Of a DNA stretch of 64,000 bases, positions 41,239 through 51,226 are shown piece after piece. Position 1 is the first letter of the stretch. Every line of letters starts with the position of its first letter. The stretch is taken from positions 18,476 through 82,475 of the forward strand of contig CAZYLV010000001.1 of assembly GCA_964648865.1 (NCBI GenBank). Reading direction: 5' to 3'. The translations under genes and the position numbers were made by a program. The notes under the pieces were generated by a model that did not search any database, had not been told where the DNA came from, and saw only the letters and a program-made list of their open reading frames with translations. The stretch comes from an uncultured Gammaproteobacteria bacterium. GTDB lineage: Bacteria; Patescibacteriota; Patescibacteriia; 2-12-FULL-57-11.

Positions 41239-42348
41239 CTACCGGAACATCCCGCCGATGCCGTCGATGATGCCGCCGCCGAAACGCCGGACGTCCTGGA
41301 AGGTCACGAGCAGCGCGAGTAGCAGGAGAAGCGCGAAGCCGATCTGGTGGACGATGCCCTCGAGCGCGCGGTCCACCGGCTTGCGGCGGATCTTCTCGAT
41401 GGCCAAGAAGAGCACGCGCCCGCCGTCGAGCGCCGGCAGCGGCAGCAGGTTGATGACCGCCAGGTTGATGGAGAGCAGCGCCGTGAACTGCAGGAGATAC
41501 GTGAAGCCGAGCCGCGCCACCTGCCCGGTGGCCACGGCGATGCCGACCGGTCCGGCGACGTCGGCCGTGACCCCGTTGCCGGAGAAGATGCTCACCACGA
41601 GAGAACCGAGCGCGGCGAAGACGGCGATGGTGTTGCGCCAGGTGAGCTCGAGCCCGCGCAGCGGCGCAAGATACCAGGGGTAGGAGACGATGCCGCTCTC
41701 GACCAGCCCGACACCGATGCCGGGCTTGCCGGTCTGCTCCAGCACGACCGGCGTGACGGCGACGTTCCGCGTCCCGTCGCTGCCCCGCCGCACCTCGAGC
41801 GTCACCTCGCGCCCCGCGGAGACCGCGATGCGCTCCGTGAGATCGACGAAGGAGACCACGGCCGCGCCGTCGATGGCGGCGATGCGGTCGCCGTAGGAGA
41901 GTCCCGCGCTCTCGGCGGGAGAGCCGGGCAGGACGTCCGTCACGGTGATGGAACGCTCGCGGATGCGCGCCGCGGACGGCTGGCCCTCGAGCGCCTCCGG
42001 CAGGCCGATGGCCGCACCGATCGTGAACAGTCCCCAGGCGAGCAGCAGGTTCATGAGCACGCCCGCGGCGAGGATGAGCAGCCGGCGCGGCGCGCTCTGG
42101 CGGACGAAGGAATCCGGATCGCGTCCGTCCTCGCCGCTCTCGCCCTTGATGCGCACGAAGCCGCCCAGCGGGATCCAATTGACCGAATACGTCGTCCCCC
42201 CGCGCTTCACCCCGAAGGCGCGCGGCGGGAACCCGAAGCCGAACTCCTCGACCTTCACGCCGAGGCGTTTGGCCGAGAAGTAGTGGCCGAACTCGTGCAC
42301 GAAGACGAGCACCGAAAGGACGACGAGGAAGAGGATGATGGTGGTCAT
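41239..42348 (-). CDS. rseP: RIP metalloprotease (M50, PDZ)
   Basis: HEFGH, PLGGFVRI, AGVLMN, NLLPLPALDGG. Confidence 0.93.
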   Translation of the reverse strand: MTTIILFLVVLSVLVFVHEFGHYFSAKRLGVKVEEFGFGFPPRAFGVKRGGTTYSVNWIPLGGFVRIKGESGEDGRDPDSFVRQSAPRRLLILAAGVLMNLLLAWGLFTIGAAIGLPEALEGQPSAARIRERSITVTDVLPGSPAESAGLSYGDRIAAIDGAAVVSFVDLTERIAVSAGREVTLEVRRGSDGTRNVAVTPVVLEQTGKPGIGVGLVESGIVSYPWYLAPLRGLELTWRNTIAVFAALGSLVVSIFSGNGVTADVAGPVGIAVATGQVARLGFTYLLQFTALLSINLAVINLLPLPALDGGRVLFLAIEKIRRKPVDRALEGIVHQIGFALLLLLALLVTFQDVRRFGGGIIDGIGGMFR

Positions 42349-43151
42349 GGGAGGGTGACGCGCCGGAAGGTCACCGGCGCACCGAGGAAACGCGAGGCCA
42401 GGGCCGAGACGGCGCCGGCGTCAGCCGTCGTATCATACGCGCGGTCGCCGGTTTGGTCGATGCGGCCGGCGAGCTCCGGATGGCGGGCGAGATAGGCGGC
42501 GAGCTTGTCCGCGACGGTGGCCTCCTGCGTGAGGAGCGTCACGCCGGGCAGCTGCGCGCGGAAGGCATCGGCGACGAACGCGAAGTGCGTGCAGGCCAGG
42601 AGCGCGGCGTCCGCGCCCTGGGCCTTGGCGCAGGCCGAGGCGATCTCCTCGGCGGCGGCCCAGCTCCCCTCCTCACCGCGTTCGATGGCGCCGGCCAAGG
42701 TCGGGCAGGCGATCTCCTCGACCGTGGCCCCCGCGCGCAGCGCATGCACCTCACGTCCGTAGGCGCCGCTCGCGACCGTCGCGCGCGTGCCGAAGACGGC
42801 CACCGTGCCGCTGCGCGTCGCCGCGGCCAGGGTCTCCGCGCCCGGACGCACCACACCGAGCACGCGCCGATCCGGGAACTCGCGCGGCAGGACCTCCTGC
42901 TGGATGCGCCGCAACGCCCCGGACGACGCCGTGTTGCAGGCCAGGATGACCAACGGGCAGCCAGCCGCGAAGAGACGCCGCACGCCCTGGAGCGCGAAGG
43001 TGAAGATCTCCTCCTGGCTGCGCGGGCCGTACGGTGCGCGGGCGTTGTCGCCGAGATAGTGCGTGGCGAGCGTCGGCACGCGGGCCTGCACGGCGCGCAG
43101 CACCGTCAGCCCGCCGACGCCGGAATCGAAGACACCGAGCGGTCCGGTCAT
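42345..43151 (-). CDS. murI: Glutamate racemase
   Basis: GVFDSGVGGLTV, PYG, ACNTAS, ACTHF. Confidence 0.95.
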   Translation of the reverse strand: MTGPLGVFDSGVGGLTVLRAVQARVPTLATHYLGDNARAPYGPRSQEEIFTFALQGVRRLFAAGCPLVILACNTASSGALRRIQQEVLPREFPDRRVLGVVRPGAETLAAATRSGTVAVFGTRATVASGAYGREVHALRAGATVEEIACPTLAGAIERGEEGSWAAAEEIASACAKAQGADAALLACTHFAFVADAFRAQLPGVTLLTQEATVADKLAAYLARHPELAGRIDQTGDRAYDTTADAGAVSALASRFLGAPVTFRRVTLP

Positions 43152-44500
43152 GTCCGGCGGATCAGCGCGCTGAGCTCGTCGCGCATCTCCTCCATGCGGG
43201 GGCGCGTCTTGCCTTCGACGTTGAGGCGCAGCACCGGCTCGGTGTTCGAGGCGCGCACCGAGCACCACCAGTCGGCGTACTCGATGCGGAGCCCGTCGAT
43301 CTCGATGACCCGGACCGCTCCGGGCGCGAAGCGCCCGCGGATGCGCTCGATCGCGCCGGCCTTATCCTCGACGGCGAAGTTGAGCTCCCCGGAGTGCGCG
43401 TAGCGACGCAGCGGCGCGACGAGCGCCGAGAGCGGCTTCCCGCTGCGACGGATGAGGTCGACGACCATGAACGCGACGGCGTCCGGGCATTCCACGCCGA
43501 AGAAATCCCGGAAGTAGAAATGGCTGGAGAGCTCACCGGCGAAGGCGGCGCCCTCCTCGCGCATCTGCCGCTTGATGTGGGCGTGCCCGACGCGGCACAT
43601 GACGTGCCGGCCGCCGGCCCGCTCCACCTCCTCGGCCACGGTCCAGCTGCAGCGCACGTCGGAGAGCACCGCGGCACCCGGGTGCGTCTTGAGGATCTCC
43701 GGCGCGAGCAGTGCGATGACCAGGTCCCCCGGCACGGTCTCGCCGGTCTCGTCCACGATGCCGATGCGGTCGGCGTCGCCGTCATAGGCGATGCCGAGCG
43801 CGGCGCCCCGCTCGCGTACCGCGCGCTTGAGGTCGGCGAGCGTCTCCTCCTTGATGGGGTTGGCCTCGTGGTTGGGGAAGGTACCGTCGAGCTCGAGGAA
43901 CAGCGGGACGAGGCGCACGTCGGGCAAAGCCGCGAAAAGCGTCTGCACCACGTGCCCGGCCATGCCGTTGCCGGTGTCGACCGCCACGGTCATCACGGCG
44001 TCCGGTGCGTCCGGGACGAGGGACGCGACCTTCCCGACGTAGGGCGCCAGGTAATCCTCCGCGCGCACGTTCCCGTGCCGCGTCGCCTCCGGAAAGGAGC
44101 CGGCGAGCGCCAGGTCGCGGATCTCCTCCATGCCGCTGCCGCTGCCGATGGGCATGGCGTCGCCCAAGCAGAGCTTGAAGCCGTTGTACTGCGCCGGATT
44201 GTGCGAGGCCGTGACCATGATGCCGCCGTCCGCGCCCGAGGTCGCGACGGCGAAGTAGAACATCGGCGTCGTGGTCAGGCCCATGGCGATGACGTCCGCC
44301 CCCTGGCCGACGATGCCGGCGATGAGCGCCTCCGTGAGTCCGGTCGACGTGGCGCGCATGTCGCGGCCCACCAGGACGGTTTTGGCCCCGGTATGGACCA
44401 CGAAGGCCCGGCCCAACGTTTCCGCGAGCGCGGCGTCGATCTCGCCCGGGGAAAGGCCCCGGATATCGTAGGATTTGAAGACGCCGGGAGGGATGGGCAT
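43148..44500 (-). CDS. Phosphomannomutase/phosphoglucomutase
   Basis: FKSYDIRG, TASHNP, DGDADR, GELSSH, RASNTEP. Confidence 0.93.
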   Translation of the reverse strand: MPIPPGVFKSYDIRGLSPGEIDAALAETLGRAFVVHTGAKTVLVGRDMRATSTGLTEALIAGIVGQGADVIAMGLTTTPMFYFAVATSGADGGIMVTASHNPAQYNGFKLCLGDAMPIGSGSGMEEIRDLALAGSFPEATRHGNVRAEDYLAPYVGKVASLVPDAPDAVMTVAVDTGNGMAGHVVQTLFAALPDVRLVPLFLELDGTFPNHEANPIKEETLADLKRAVRERGAALGIAYDGDADRIGIVDETGETVPGDLVIALLAPEILKTHPGAAVLSDVRCSWTVAEEVERAGGRHVMCRVGHAHIKRQMREEGAAFAGELSSHFYFRDFFGVECPDAVAFMVVDLIRRSGKPLSALVAPLRRYAHSGELNFAVEDKAGAIERIRGRFAPGAVRVIEIDGLRIEYADWWCSVRASNTEPVLRLNVEGKTRPRMEEMRDELSALIRRT

Positions 44501-44561
44501 AGCGCTTGTCAGCTGCGCGAATCGCGCCTATAGTATAGAGGAAGATTGACTCCCGCAACCT

Positions 44562-45116
44562 ATGTACCTGGCTTGGATCCTGCTCGGCGTCGTGGTGCTC
44601 CTGGGCGCCTGGTTCGTCCTCACCTACAACAACCTCATCACCAAGCGCAACCGCGTCGACGAGGCGTGGTCGGACATCGACGTCCAGCTGAAACGCCGCT
44701 ACGACCTCATCCCCAACGTCGTCGAGACGGTGCGCGGCTACGCCAAGCACGAATCCTCGACCTTCGAGAACGTCATCAAGGCGCGCAGCATCGCCATGGG
44801 TGCGCAGACGCTCGAGGAGCACGCCAAGGCCGAGAACATGCTCACCGGCGCGCTCAAGTCGCTGTTCGCGGTGGCCGAGGCCTACCCGGAGCTCAAGGCC
44901 TCCACCAACTTCCTGCAGCTGCAGGATGAGCTGCGCGACGCCGAGGACAAGATCCAGGCCGCGCGCCGCTTCTACAACGGCAACGTGCGCGACTTCAACA
45001 CCGCGCTGCAGGTCTTCCCGACCAACCTCATCGCCGGCATGTTCGGCTTCACCGCGCGCCAGTTCTTCGAGCTCGCCAACGAGGCGGAACGCGCCGCCCC
45101 GCAGGTCAAGTTCTGA
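44562..45116 (+). CDS. lemA: LemA family protein
   Basis: WSDIDVQLKRRYDLIPN, AEAYPELKA, ARRFYN. Confidence 0.95.
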   Translation: MYLAWILLGVVVLLGAWFVLTYNNLITKRNRVDEAWSDIDVQLKRRYDLIPNVVETVRGYAKHESSTFENVIKARSIAMGAQTLEEHAKAENMLTGALKSLFAVAEAYPELKASTNFLQLQDELRDAEDKIQAARRFYNGNVRDFNTALQVFPTNLIAGMFGFTARQFFELANEAERAAPQVKF

Positions 45117-46000
45117 TGGCCTCGCCGATCTACACCCAGATCGCCGACAACAAGCGACGCACCTTCCTCCTCATCGCCCTGTTCGTCCTGCTCATCGTGG
45201 CCCTCGGCGGATCCTACGCCTGGCTCACCGACGCGGGCCTCGGCCCGCTCGGCCTGGCCGGGGCCTTCGCCGCGGGCGCCGCGCTGGCCTCCTACTACGC
45301 CGGAGACACGATGGCGCTGTGGAGCGCCGGCGCGGTGGGGCCGCTCGAGAAGCGGCAGCAGCCGTACCTCTACCGGATGCTCGAGAACCTGACCATCGCC
45401 GCGGGCGTGCCGATGCCCAAGCTCTACGTCATCCCGGATCCGGCCATCAACGCCTTCGCCGCCGGCCGAGATCCGCGGCACGCCTCCGTGGCGGTGACCG
45501 TCGGTGCCGTCGAGAAGCTCACCAACGAGGAGCTCGAAGGGGTGCTGGCGCACGAGCTCTCGCACATCCGCAACTACGACATCCGGGTGATGACCATCGT
45601 CGTGGTGCTGGCCGGGACCGTCGCCATCCTGGCGGACTGGTTCCTGCGCATGGGCCTCGGCGGACGGCGGCGTGAGGGCGGCCTGCTGCCCCTGGCGCTG
45701 ATCGGGCTCCTGCTCGCGCTCCTGGCCCCGCTGGCGGCCGAGCTCATCAAGCTCGCCGTCTCGCGGCGGCGCGAGTACCTGGCCGACGCTTCCGGCGCGC
45801 TGCTCACCCGCTTCCCCGAGGGCCTGGCGCGGGCCCTGGAGAAGATCGGCCGCGAAGCGCGACCGATGCTCCGCCGCAACACGGCCACGGCCCACCTCTT
45901 CCTGAGCGAGCCGGCCGCCGGCCGCTGGCAGTCGCTCTTCTCCACCCATCCTCCGCTCGCGGACCGCATCCGCATCCTGCGCGGCATGACCGCCGGCTGA
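45116..46000 (+). CDS. htpX: Zn metalloprotease M48 (HtpX)
   Basis: NAFAAGR, HELSH, SRRREYLAD, FSTHPP. Confidence 0.92.
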   Translation: MASPIYTQIADNKRRTFLLIALFVLLIVALGGSYAWLTDAGLGPLGLAGAFAAGAALASYYAGDTMALWSAGAVGPLEKRQQPYLYRMLENLTIAAGVPMPKLYVIPDPAINAFAAGRDPRHASVAVTVGAVEKLTNEELEGVLAHELSHIRNYDIRVMTIVVVLAGTVAILADWFLRMGLGGRRREGGLLPLALIGLLLALLAPLAAELIKLAVSRRREYLADASGALLTRFPEGLARALEKIGREARPMLRRNTATAHLFLSEPAAGRWQSLFSTHPPLADRIRILRGMTAG

Positions 46001-46009
46001 CGACGACCT

Positions 46010-48532
46010 ATGGATCCCGAACTGCTCGAAAAATTCACCTCGCACCTCAAGAGCGTCCTGGTGCGCGCCTATAACCTGGCGCATGAGCTCGGCGTGCCGA
46101 CCATCGGGGTCGAGCACCTGCTGTGGTCGTTGGTCACCGAGCGCGGCTCCATCGGCGCGGAGATCCTCACCAAGGCCAAGCTCGCGCCGGACGCGCTGCG
46201 CGAGCGCATCGCCGCCAAGGCCCTGGAGGGCACCGCCAAGAGTGACGCCCCGCTGCCGCCGCAGCTCGGCGAGGAGACCAAGCGGGCCATCGAGAAGGCC
46301 GTGCACGCCGCCAACCAGCACGAGCACAAGTACGTCGGCACCGAGCACCTGCTCTCCGGGATGCTGGCCGCCGATGACGGTACGCTCGCGGAGCTGCTGC
46401 GCGCCCAACAGGTGGACCCCGCCGGCATCAAGGAGCAGCTCGCCACGGTGCTCAAGTCGACGTCCAAATTCCCGGACATCGCCGAGGGCCTGCCGGTCGA
46501 GGACCGTCCGCGCGCGCCGGAGGTGCCGAGGCCCGAGCAGCAGGGCAAGAAGAAACAGGCCGGCAAGACCCCGGCGCTCGACTATTTCACCGTGGACCTC
46601 ACCGGTGCCGAAGCCCAGAAGCGCATCGACCCGGTCGTCGGCCGGGAACGCGAGATCGAACGCGTCATCGAGATCCTCAGCCGCCGCACAAAGAACAATC
46701 CCCTGCTCCTCGGCGAACCGGGCGTCGGCAAGACGGCCATCGTCGAAGGGCTGGCGCGACGCATCGTGGCCGGCGAGGTGCCGGACGCGCTGCGACGCAA
46801 GCGCATCCTCTCCTTGGACCTGGCGCTCGTCGTGGCCGGCACCATGTACCGCGGCGAGTTCGAAGGCCGCCTCAAGCAGATCATCGACGAGGTCAAGGCG
46901 CACCCGGAGGTCATCCTCTTCCTGGACGAGGCCCACACCATCTCCGGCGCCGGATCGGCCTCCGGCTCGCTCGACGCCGCCAACATCCTCAAGCCGGCGT
47001 TGGCGCGCGGCGAGATCCGCTGCATCGGCGCCACGACCTTCGACGAGTACAAGAAGCACATCGAGTCCGACAGCGCGCTCGACCGGCGCTTCCAGAGCCT
47101 CGAGGTGCGCGAACCCTCGGCGGCCGAGACGCGCGAGATCCTCGCGGGGGTCAAGACGCATTACGAGAAGTACCACAACGTGCGTATCCAGGACGCGGCC
47201 TGTGCCGAGGCGGTGTCGCTCGCCGAGCGCTACCTCTCGGAGCGCCGCTTCCCCGACAAGGCCCTCGACCTCATCGACGAGGCCGCGGCCGGCGTCAAGG
47301 TGCGCGCCGGCGGCGAGCCGCACGCCCAGGAAAGCCGCACGCTCGAGGCGGCCATCGACCAGGCCAGCCGCCGCAAGCAGGATGCCGTCTCCGGCGAACG
47401 CTACGTCGAAGCCTTGGAATGGAAGGAGCGCGAGAACCGGCTGCGCGCCAAGCTCAGCGAGCTGCTGGAGCGCGTCGGACGCAAGGGCCGCGAGCCCGTC
47501 GGCGCGGTAGGCCGCGCCGACGTCGCCGCCGTGGTGGCGCGCATGACCGGTGTCCCGGTCGAAGAGCTCACCCAGTCGGACGCCGAACGGCTGCTGACGC
47601 TCGAGGACGACCTCCGTCGCCACGTCGTCGGGCAGGACCACGTGCTCGGCGGGTTGGCCGATGCCGTGCGGCGCGCCCGCGCCGGCCTCGCCTCGCCCGA
47701 CCGCCCGTCGGCCTCGTTGCTCTTCATGGGCCCCTCGGGCGTCGGCAAGACCGAACTCGCCAAGGCCCTGGCAACGACCGTCTTCCACGACCCCAAGGCC
47801 CTCATCCGCATCGACATGTCCGAGTTCGGCGAGGCCTTCACCGTCTCCAAACTGCTCGGCTCCCCGGCAGGCTACGTCGGTTACCGCGACGCCAACAAGC
47901 TGACCGACGCCGTGCGCCGCCGCCCGTACAGCGTGGTGCTGTTCGACGAGTTGGAGAAGGCGCACCCGGACGTGCTCAACCTGCTGCTGCAGATCCTCGA
48001 CGAGGGGCAGGTCACCGACGCCGCCGGCCGCACCGTCTCCTTCCGCCAGACGATCGTCGTCATGACCTCGAACGTCGGGCTGGAGCGCTACCTGCGCGGA
48101 CCCTTCGGCTTCACCGACGCCGGCACGCGCGCGGACCTCGACGAACAGGACCTGCGCCGCGAGGCGCTGGCCCACTTCCGGCCGGAGCTCGTCAACCGCA
48201 TCGACCGCGTCTTCGTCTTCCGTCCGCTCACCGCCGAGCATCTCGAGGCCGTCGTCGCCAAGGAGATCCGCGGCCTGGCCGTCCGGCTCGAGGAGCGGCG
48301 CGTGGCGCTCCATGCCAGCCCGGCCGCGGTGCGTCGCCTGGCCGAAATGGCCGACCAACCCGAGAAAGGCGCCCGTGCCGTGCGCGCGCTGGTGCAGGAG
48401 CACGTCGAAGGTCCGGCCGCGCGCATGCTGCTCGCAGCCGGGGACAAGCGTATCCGCAACCTGATGCTCGAGAAGAAGGGTGACGCGCTCACGCTGGTCA
48501 CCCGGACGGCCCGCCGCACCAAGGCGGCCTGA
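46010..48532 (+). CDS. clpC: ATP-dependent Clp protease ATP-binding subunit
   Basis: Clp-N repeats, GEPGVGKT, PDKALDLIDEA, UVR-like middle domain, GPSGVGKT, GYVGY. Confidence 0.92.
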   Translation: MDPELLEKFTSHLKSVLVRAYNLAHELGVPTIGVEHLLWSLVTERGSIGAEILTKAKLAPDALRERIAAKALEGTAKSDAPLPPQLGEETKRAIEKAVHAANQHEHKYVGTEHLLSGMLAADDGTLAELLRAQQVDPAGIKEQLATVLKSTSKFPDIAEGLPVEDRPRAPEVPRPEQQGKKKQAGKTPALDYFTVDLTGAEAQKRIDPVVGREREIERVIEILSRRTKNNPLLLGEPGVGKTAIVEGLARRIVAGEVPDALRRKRILSLDLALVVAGTMYRGEFEGRLKQIIDEVKAHPEVILFLDEAHTISGAGSASGSLDAANILKPALARGEIRCIGATTFDEYKKHIESDSALDRRFQSLEVREPSAAETREILAGVKTHYEKYHNVRIQDAACAEAVSLAERYLSERRFPDKALDLIDEAAAGVKVRAGGEPHAQESRTLEAAIDQASRRKQDAVSGERYVEALEWKERENRLRAKLSELLERVGRKGREPVGAVGRADVAAVVARMTGVPVEELTQSDAERLLTLEDDLRRHVVGQDHVLGGLADAVRRARAGLASPDRPSASLLFMGPSGVGKTELAKALATTVFHDPKALIRIDMSEFGEAFTVSKLLGSPAGYVGYRDANKLTDAVRRRPYSVVLFDELEKAHPDVLNLLLQILDEGQVTDAAGRTVSFRQTIVVMTSNVGLERYLRGPFGFTDAGTRADLDEQDLRREALAHFRPELVNRIDRVFVFRPLTAEHLEAVVAKEIRGLAVRLEERRVALHASPAAVRRLAEMADQPEKGARAVRALVQEHVEGPAARMLLAAGDKRIRNLMLEKKGDALTLVTRTARRTKAA

Positions 48533-48537
48533 CGCCT

Positions 48538-49338
48538 ATGGCGGAGGAACTCACCATCGACGGTCCCGGCGCCGAATTCGCGGCGGCCGCGGACCTCACC
48601 CGCGCGCGCCTGCAGGCGCAACGCGCGCAACCTTCCCCGCCCCCGGCGGCGCTGCTCGAGGCTGCTGCGGCGGATGAAGAGGAGCAGCTCCTGGCCGAGG
48701 AAGAAGCCGAGCAGGACGCCCGCCGGCTGCTCGCGCGCTCCCGCCGCGCTGCCGGCGCGCGCGGCGGTGCCGACGAGGGCGCGGCATCACTGGGCTCGGA
48801 GCTCACCAGCTACGCGGAGGAGCTCATCGAAGTCATCACCTTCTTCGTGCAGATCGAGACCATCATCGTGCCGTTCGCGCTCTTCTTCAAATGGTCGCTG
48901 CAGTTCTGGGGCGGGAACCTCGGCCTCATGCCCAGCCTGATCGGCCCGGCCGTGAAAGGGCTGGAAAAGGTCGCGGAAGCCGCATCGGCAGGCACCAAGA
49001 CCGCCGCCAAGGCGGGCTCCACGGGCGTGACGCAGGCCACCGGCCAGACCGCGAGCGCCTCCGGCGGAGGCGGCCTGCAGTCCGCCGCACAGCAGCTGGC
49101 AGGCGGAGGCGACGAGGGCGTCAAACCCATCTCCATCGGCCTCATCTTCCTGACCACGCTCATCTGGATCGCCCTTGGCGTCCTGATCGTCGCGAACTTC
49201 CTGGTGGTCGTCGCCGTGCCGCTTCTCCTGGCCGGCGGCGCGGCCGGCGTCTTCGTGGGCGTCTGCTCCGCGCTCGGCGACCTTTGCACAAACGAGACGT
49301 TCTCGAGCATCATAGAGTGGTTCTCGTCCATCTTCTAG
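48538..49338 (+). CDS. Hypothetical membrane protein
   Basis: Acidic N-terminus, low-complexity linker, C-terminal hydrophobic hairpin. Confidence 0.75.
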   Translation: MAEELTIDGPGAEFAAAADLTRARLQAQRAQPSPPPAALLEAAAADEEEQLLAEEEAEQDARRLLARSRRAAGARGGADEGAASLGSELTSYAEELIEVITFFVQIETIIVPFALFFKWSLQFWGGNLGLMPSLIGPAVKGLEKVAEAASAGTKTAAKAGSTGVTQATGQTASASGGGGLQSAAQQLAGGGDEGVKPISIGLIFLTTLIWIALGVLIVANFLVVVAVPLLLAGGAAGVFVGVCSALGDLCTNETFSSIIEWFSSIF

Positions 49339-49343
49339 CGACT

Positions 49344-50558
49344 ATGCTCAGGAGGATCCTCGTCATCGCGGCGTTCGCGGCATTCACCCTCAGCATGGGG
49401 TTCGCCTTGTGGTGGTTCTTCTTCCGTCCGCCCACGGAACGGCTGCCGACGGTCGTCACCAACGCCAACGTCGCACCGCCGACGGGGCTCCCGGGCGCCG
49501 GCGTCGGACTCCCCGGCGCGGTCAACGCGCCGCCGGGCGGCGCGCCCCCTCCGGCTGCGCGCATCGCCAGCGGCGGGTTGACCCTGGCCGCGGCCGTCAC
49601 CCCCATCGCCGTCGACGCGGCGTCGCTCTCCCCCGACGGCGACGGGGTGCGGTTCTACGATCCGGACGAAGGCAAGTTCTACCGCGTCGATCCGGACACC
49701 GGGGAACGCACGGCGCTCTCGGACAAGCGCTTCCCCGACGTCGAGACCGTGGCCTGGGCGCCGACGGAAGACAAGGCGGTGCTGGAGTTCCCGGATGGCT
49801 CCAACGTGATGTTCGATTTCGGCTCGCAGCGCCAGGTGACGCTGCCCAAGCACTGGGAGGAGTTCCAGTTCTCCGCCGACTCGCGCAAGCTGGCGAGCAA
49901 ATCGCTCGGCATCGACCCGTCCAACCGTTGGCTGGTGGTCTCCAACGCCGACGGCTCGAGTGCCGTGCCCATCCAGGAGCTCGGCAACAACGAGGCCAAG
50001 GTCAACGTCAACATGTCCCCGACCGGACAGGTGGTGGCCTTCTCACGGACCGGCGAGGCGCAGGGCTTCGGCCGTCAGGAGATCCTGCTCATCGGCCAGA
50101 ACAAGGAGAACTTCAAGGGGCTCGTCGTCGAGGGGCTCAACTTCCAGGGCCAGTGGGCGCCGGACGGCAAGCGCCTGCTCTACAGCGCCGTCTCCCCGAC
50201 CGACGACTACCGCCCGATGCTCTGGGTCACCGATGCCTTCGGCCAGGACATCGGCAACAACCGCCGCAAGCTCAACCTCAACACCTGGGCGGACAAGTGC
50301 ACCTTCTCCGGCACGGCGACCCTCTTCTGCGCGGTGCCGCGCGAGCTGGAACGCGGCGTCGGCCTGGAACGGCGCATCGCCGACAACGTGCCGGACGACC
50401 TCTACAGCATCGACCTGGCCACCGGCGCGCGCCGGCTCGTCGCCCGTCCGGACTCGGACTCCACGATGACGCAGCTGATGGTCTCGCCGGACGGCCGCAC
50501 CCTGACCTTCGTCGAGCAGGGCTCGAACATCCTGCGGCAGATCCGTCTGGCGCCGTAG
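49344..50558 (+). CDS. Membrane-anchored TolB-like beta-propeller protein
   Basis: TM plus Pro/Gly linker; repeated SPDG/WAPT/FSAD/SPTG/WAPDG blades; ADKC..LFCAVP. Confidence 0.82.
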   Translation: MLRRILVIAAFAAFTLSMGFALWWFFFRPPTERLPTVVTNANVAPPTGLPGAGVGLPGAVNAPPGGAPPPAARIASGGLTLAAAVTPIAVDAASLSPDGDGVRFYDPDEGKFYRVDPDTGERTALSDKRFPDVETVAWAPTEDKAVLEFPDGSNVMFDFGSQRQVTLPKHWEEFQFSADSRKLASKSLGIDPSNRWLVVSNADGSSAVPIQELGNNEAKVNVNMSPTGQVVAFSRTGEAQGFGRQEILLIGQNKENFKGLVVEGLNFQGQWAPDGKRLLYSAVSPTDDYRPMLWVTDAFGQDIGNNRRKLNLNTWADKCTFSGTATLFCAVPRELERGVGLERRIADNVPDDLYSIDLATGARRLVARPDSDSTMTQLMVSPDGRTLTFVEQGSNILRQIRLAP

Positions 50559-50559
50559 T

Positions 50560-51204
50560 ATGCCGCGACCGCCGCTCGTCGTGCTCTTCCTGTTCTCCCT
50601 CTCGGCGGTCCTGCTCGTGATTTTCGGCATGCTGGTCTTCCGGGACGACGGCCGGCAGCCGCCCGAGCCCGCTCCCCTGCCCGAGACCCGCAGCGCGCCC
50701 GAGGTGACGGTCGCGGACCCGGTGCGCGGCAACGCCGCGGCGGATGCGCCGACGATCGTCGTCTTCGGCGACTACCAATGCGAGTATTGCCGCCAGCTCG
50801 AGACGACGCTGGCCGAGATCGAGGTCGGACGTCCGGACGTGCGCATCGCCTGGAAGAACCTGCCGCTGCGTCTCGAGCATCCCCAGGCCCAATTGGCCGC
50901 GGAAGCGGCGCTCTGCGCCGGCCGCCAGGGGCGCCACTGGGAGATGCACGACCTGCTCATGGGCGTCGCCCTGCCGACGACGGCGGAGCTGGCCGTCCCC
51001 TTGGCCGAGGAGGTCGGCATCGACGCCGAAGCCTTCCGGACCTGTCTGGCGACCGGCGCCACACGGCCGCTCGTGGACCGGACCGTGGAGGAGGCGCTGG
51101 CGCTGGGCGTCGACGGCGTCCCCTACCTCTTCGTCGGCAGCCAGCGCTTCTCCGGATTCGTGGAACCCGCGGCGATCCTTGCGGCGCTCGAGGCGCAACG
51201 CTGA
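50560..51204 (+). CDS. DsbA-family thiol:disulfide oxidoreductase
   Basis: FGDYQCEYC, GVDGVPYLFV, N-terminal TM. Confidence 0.9.
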   Translation: MPRPPLVVLFLFSLSAVLLVIFGMLVFRDDGRQPPEPAPLPETRSAPEVTVADPVRGNAAADAPTIVVFGDYQCEYCRQLETTLAEIEVGRPDVRIAWKNLPLRLEHPQAQLAAEAALCAGRQGRHWEMHDLLMGVALPTTAELAVPLAEEVGIDAEAFRTCLATGATRPLVDRTVEEALALGVDGVPYLFVGSQRFSGFVEPAAILAALEAQR

Positions 51205-51226
51205 GCTGTGCTACAATAGGCCGCGT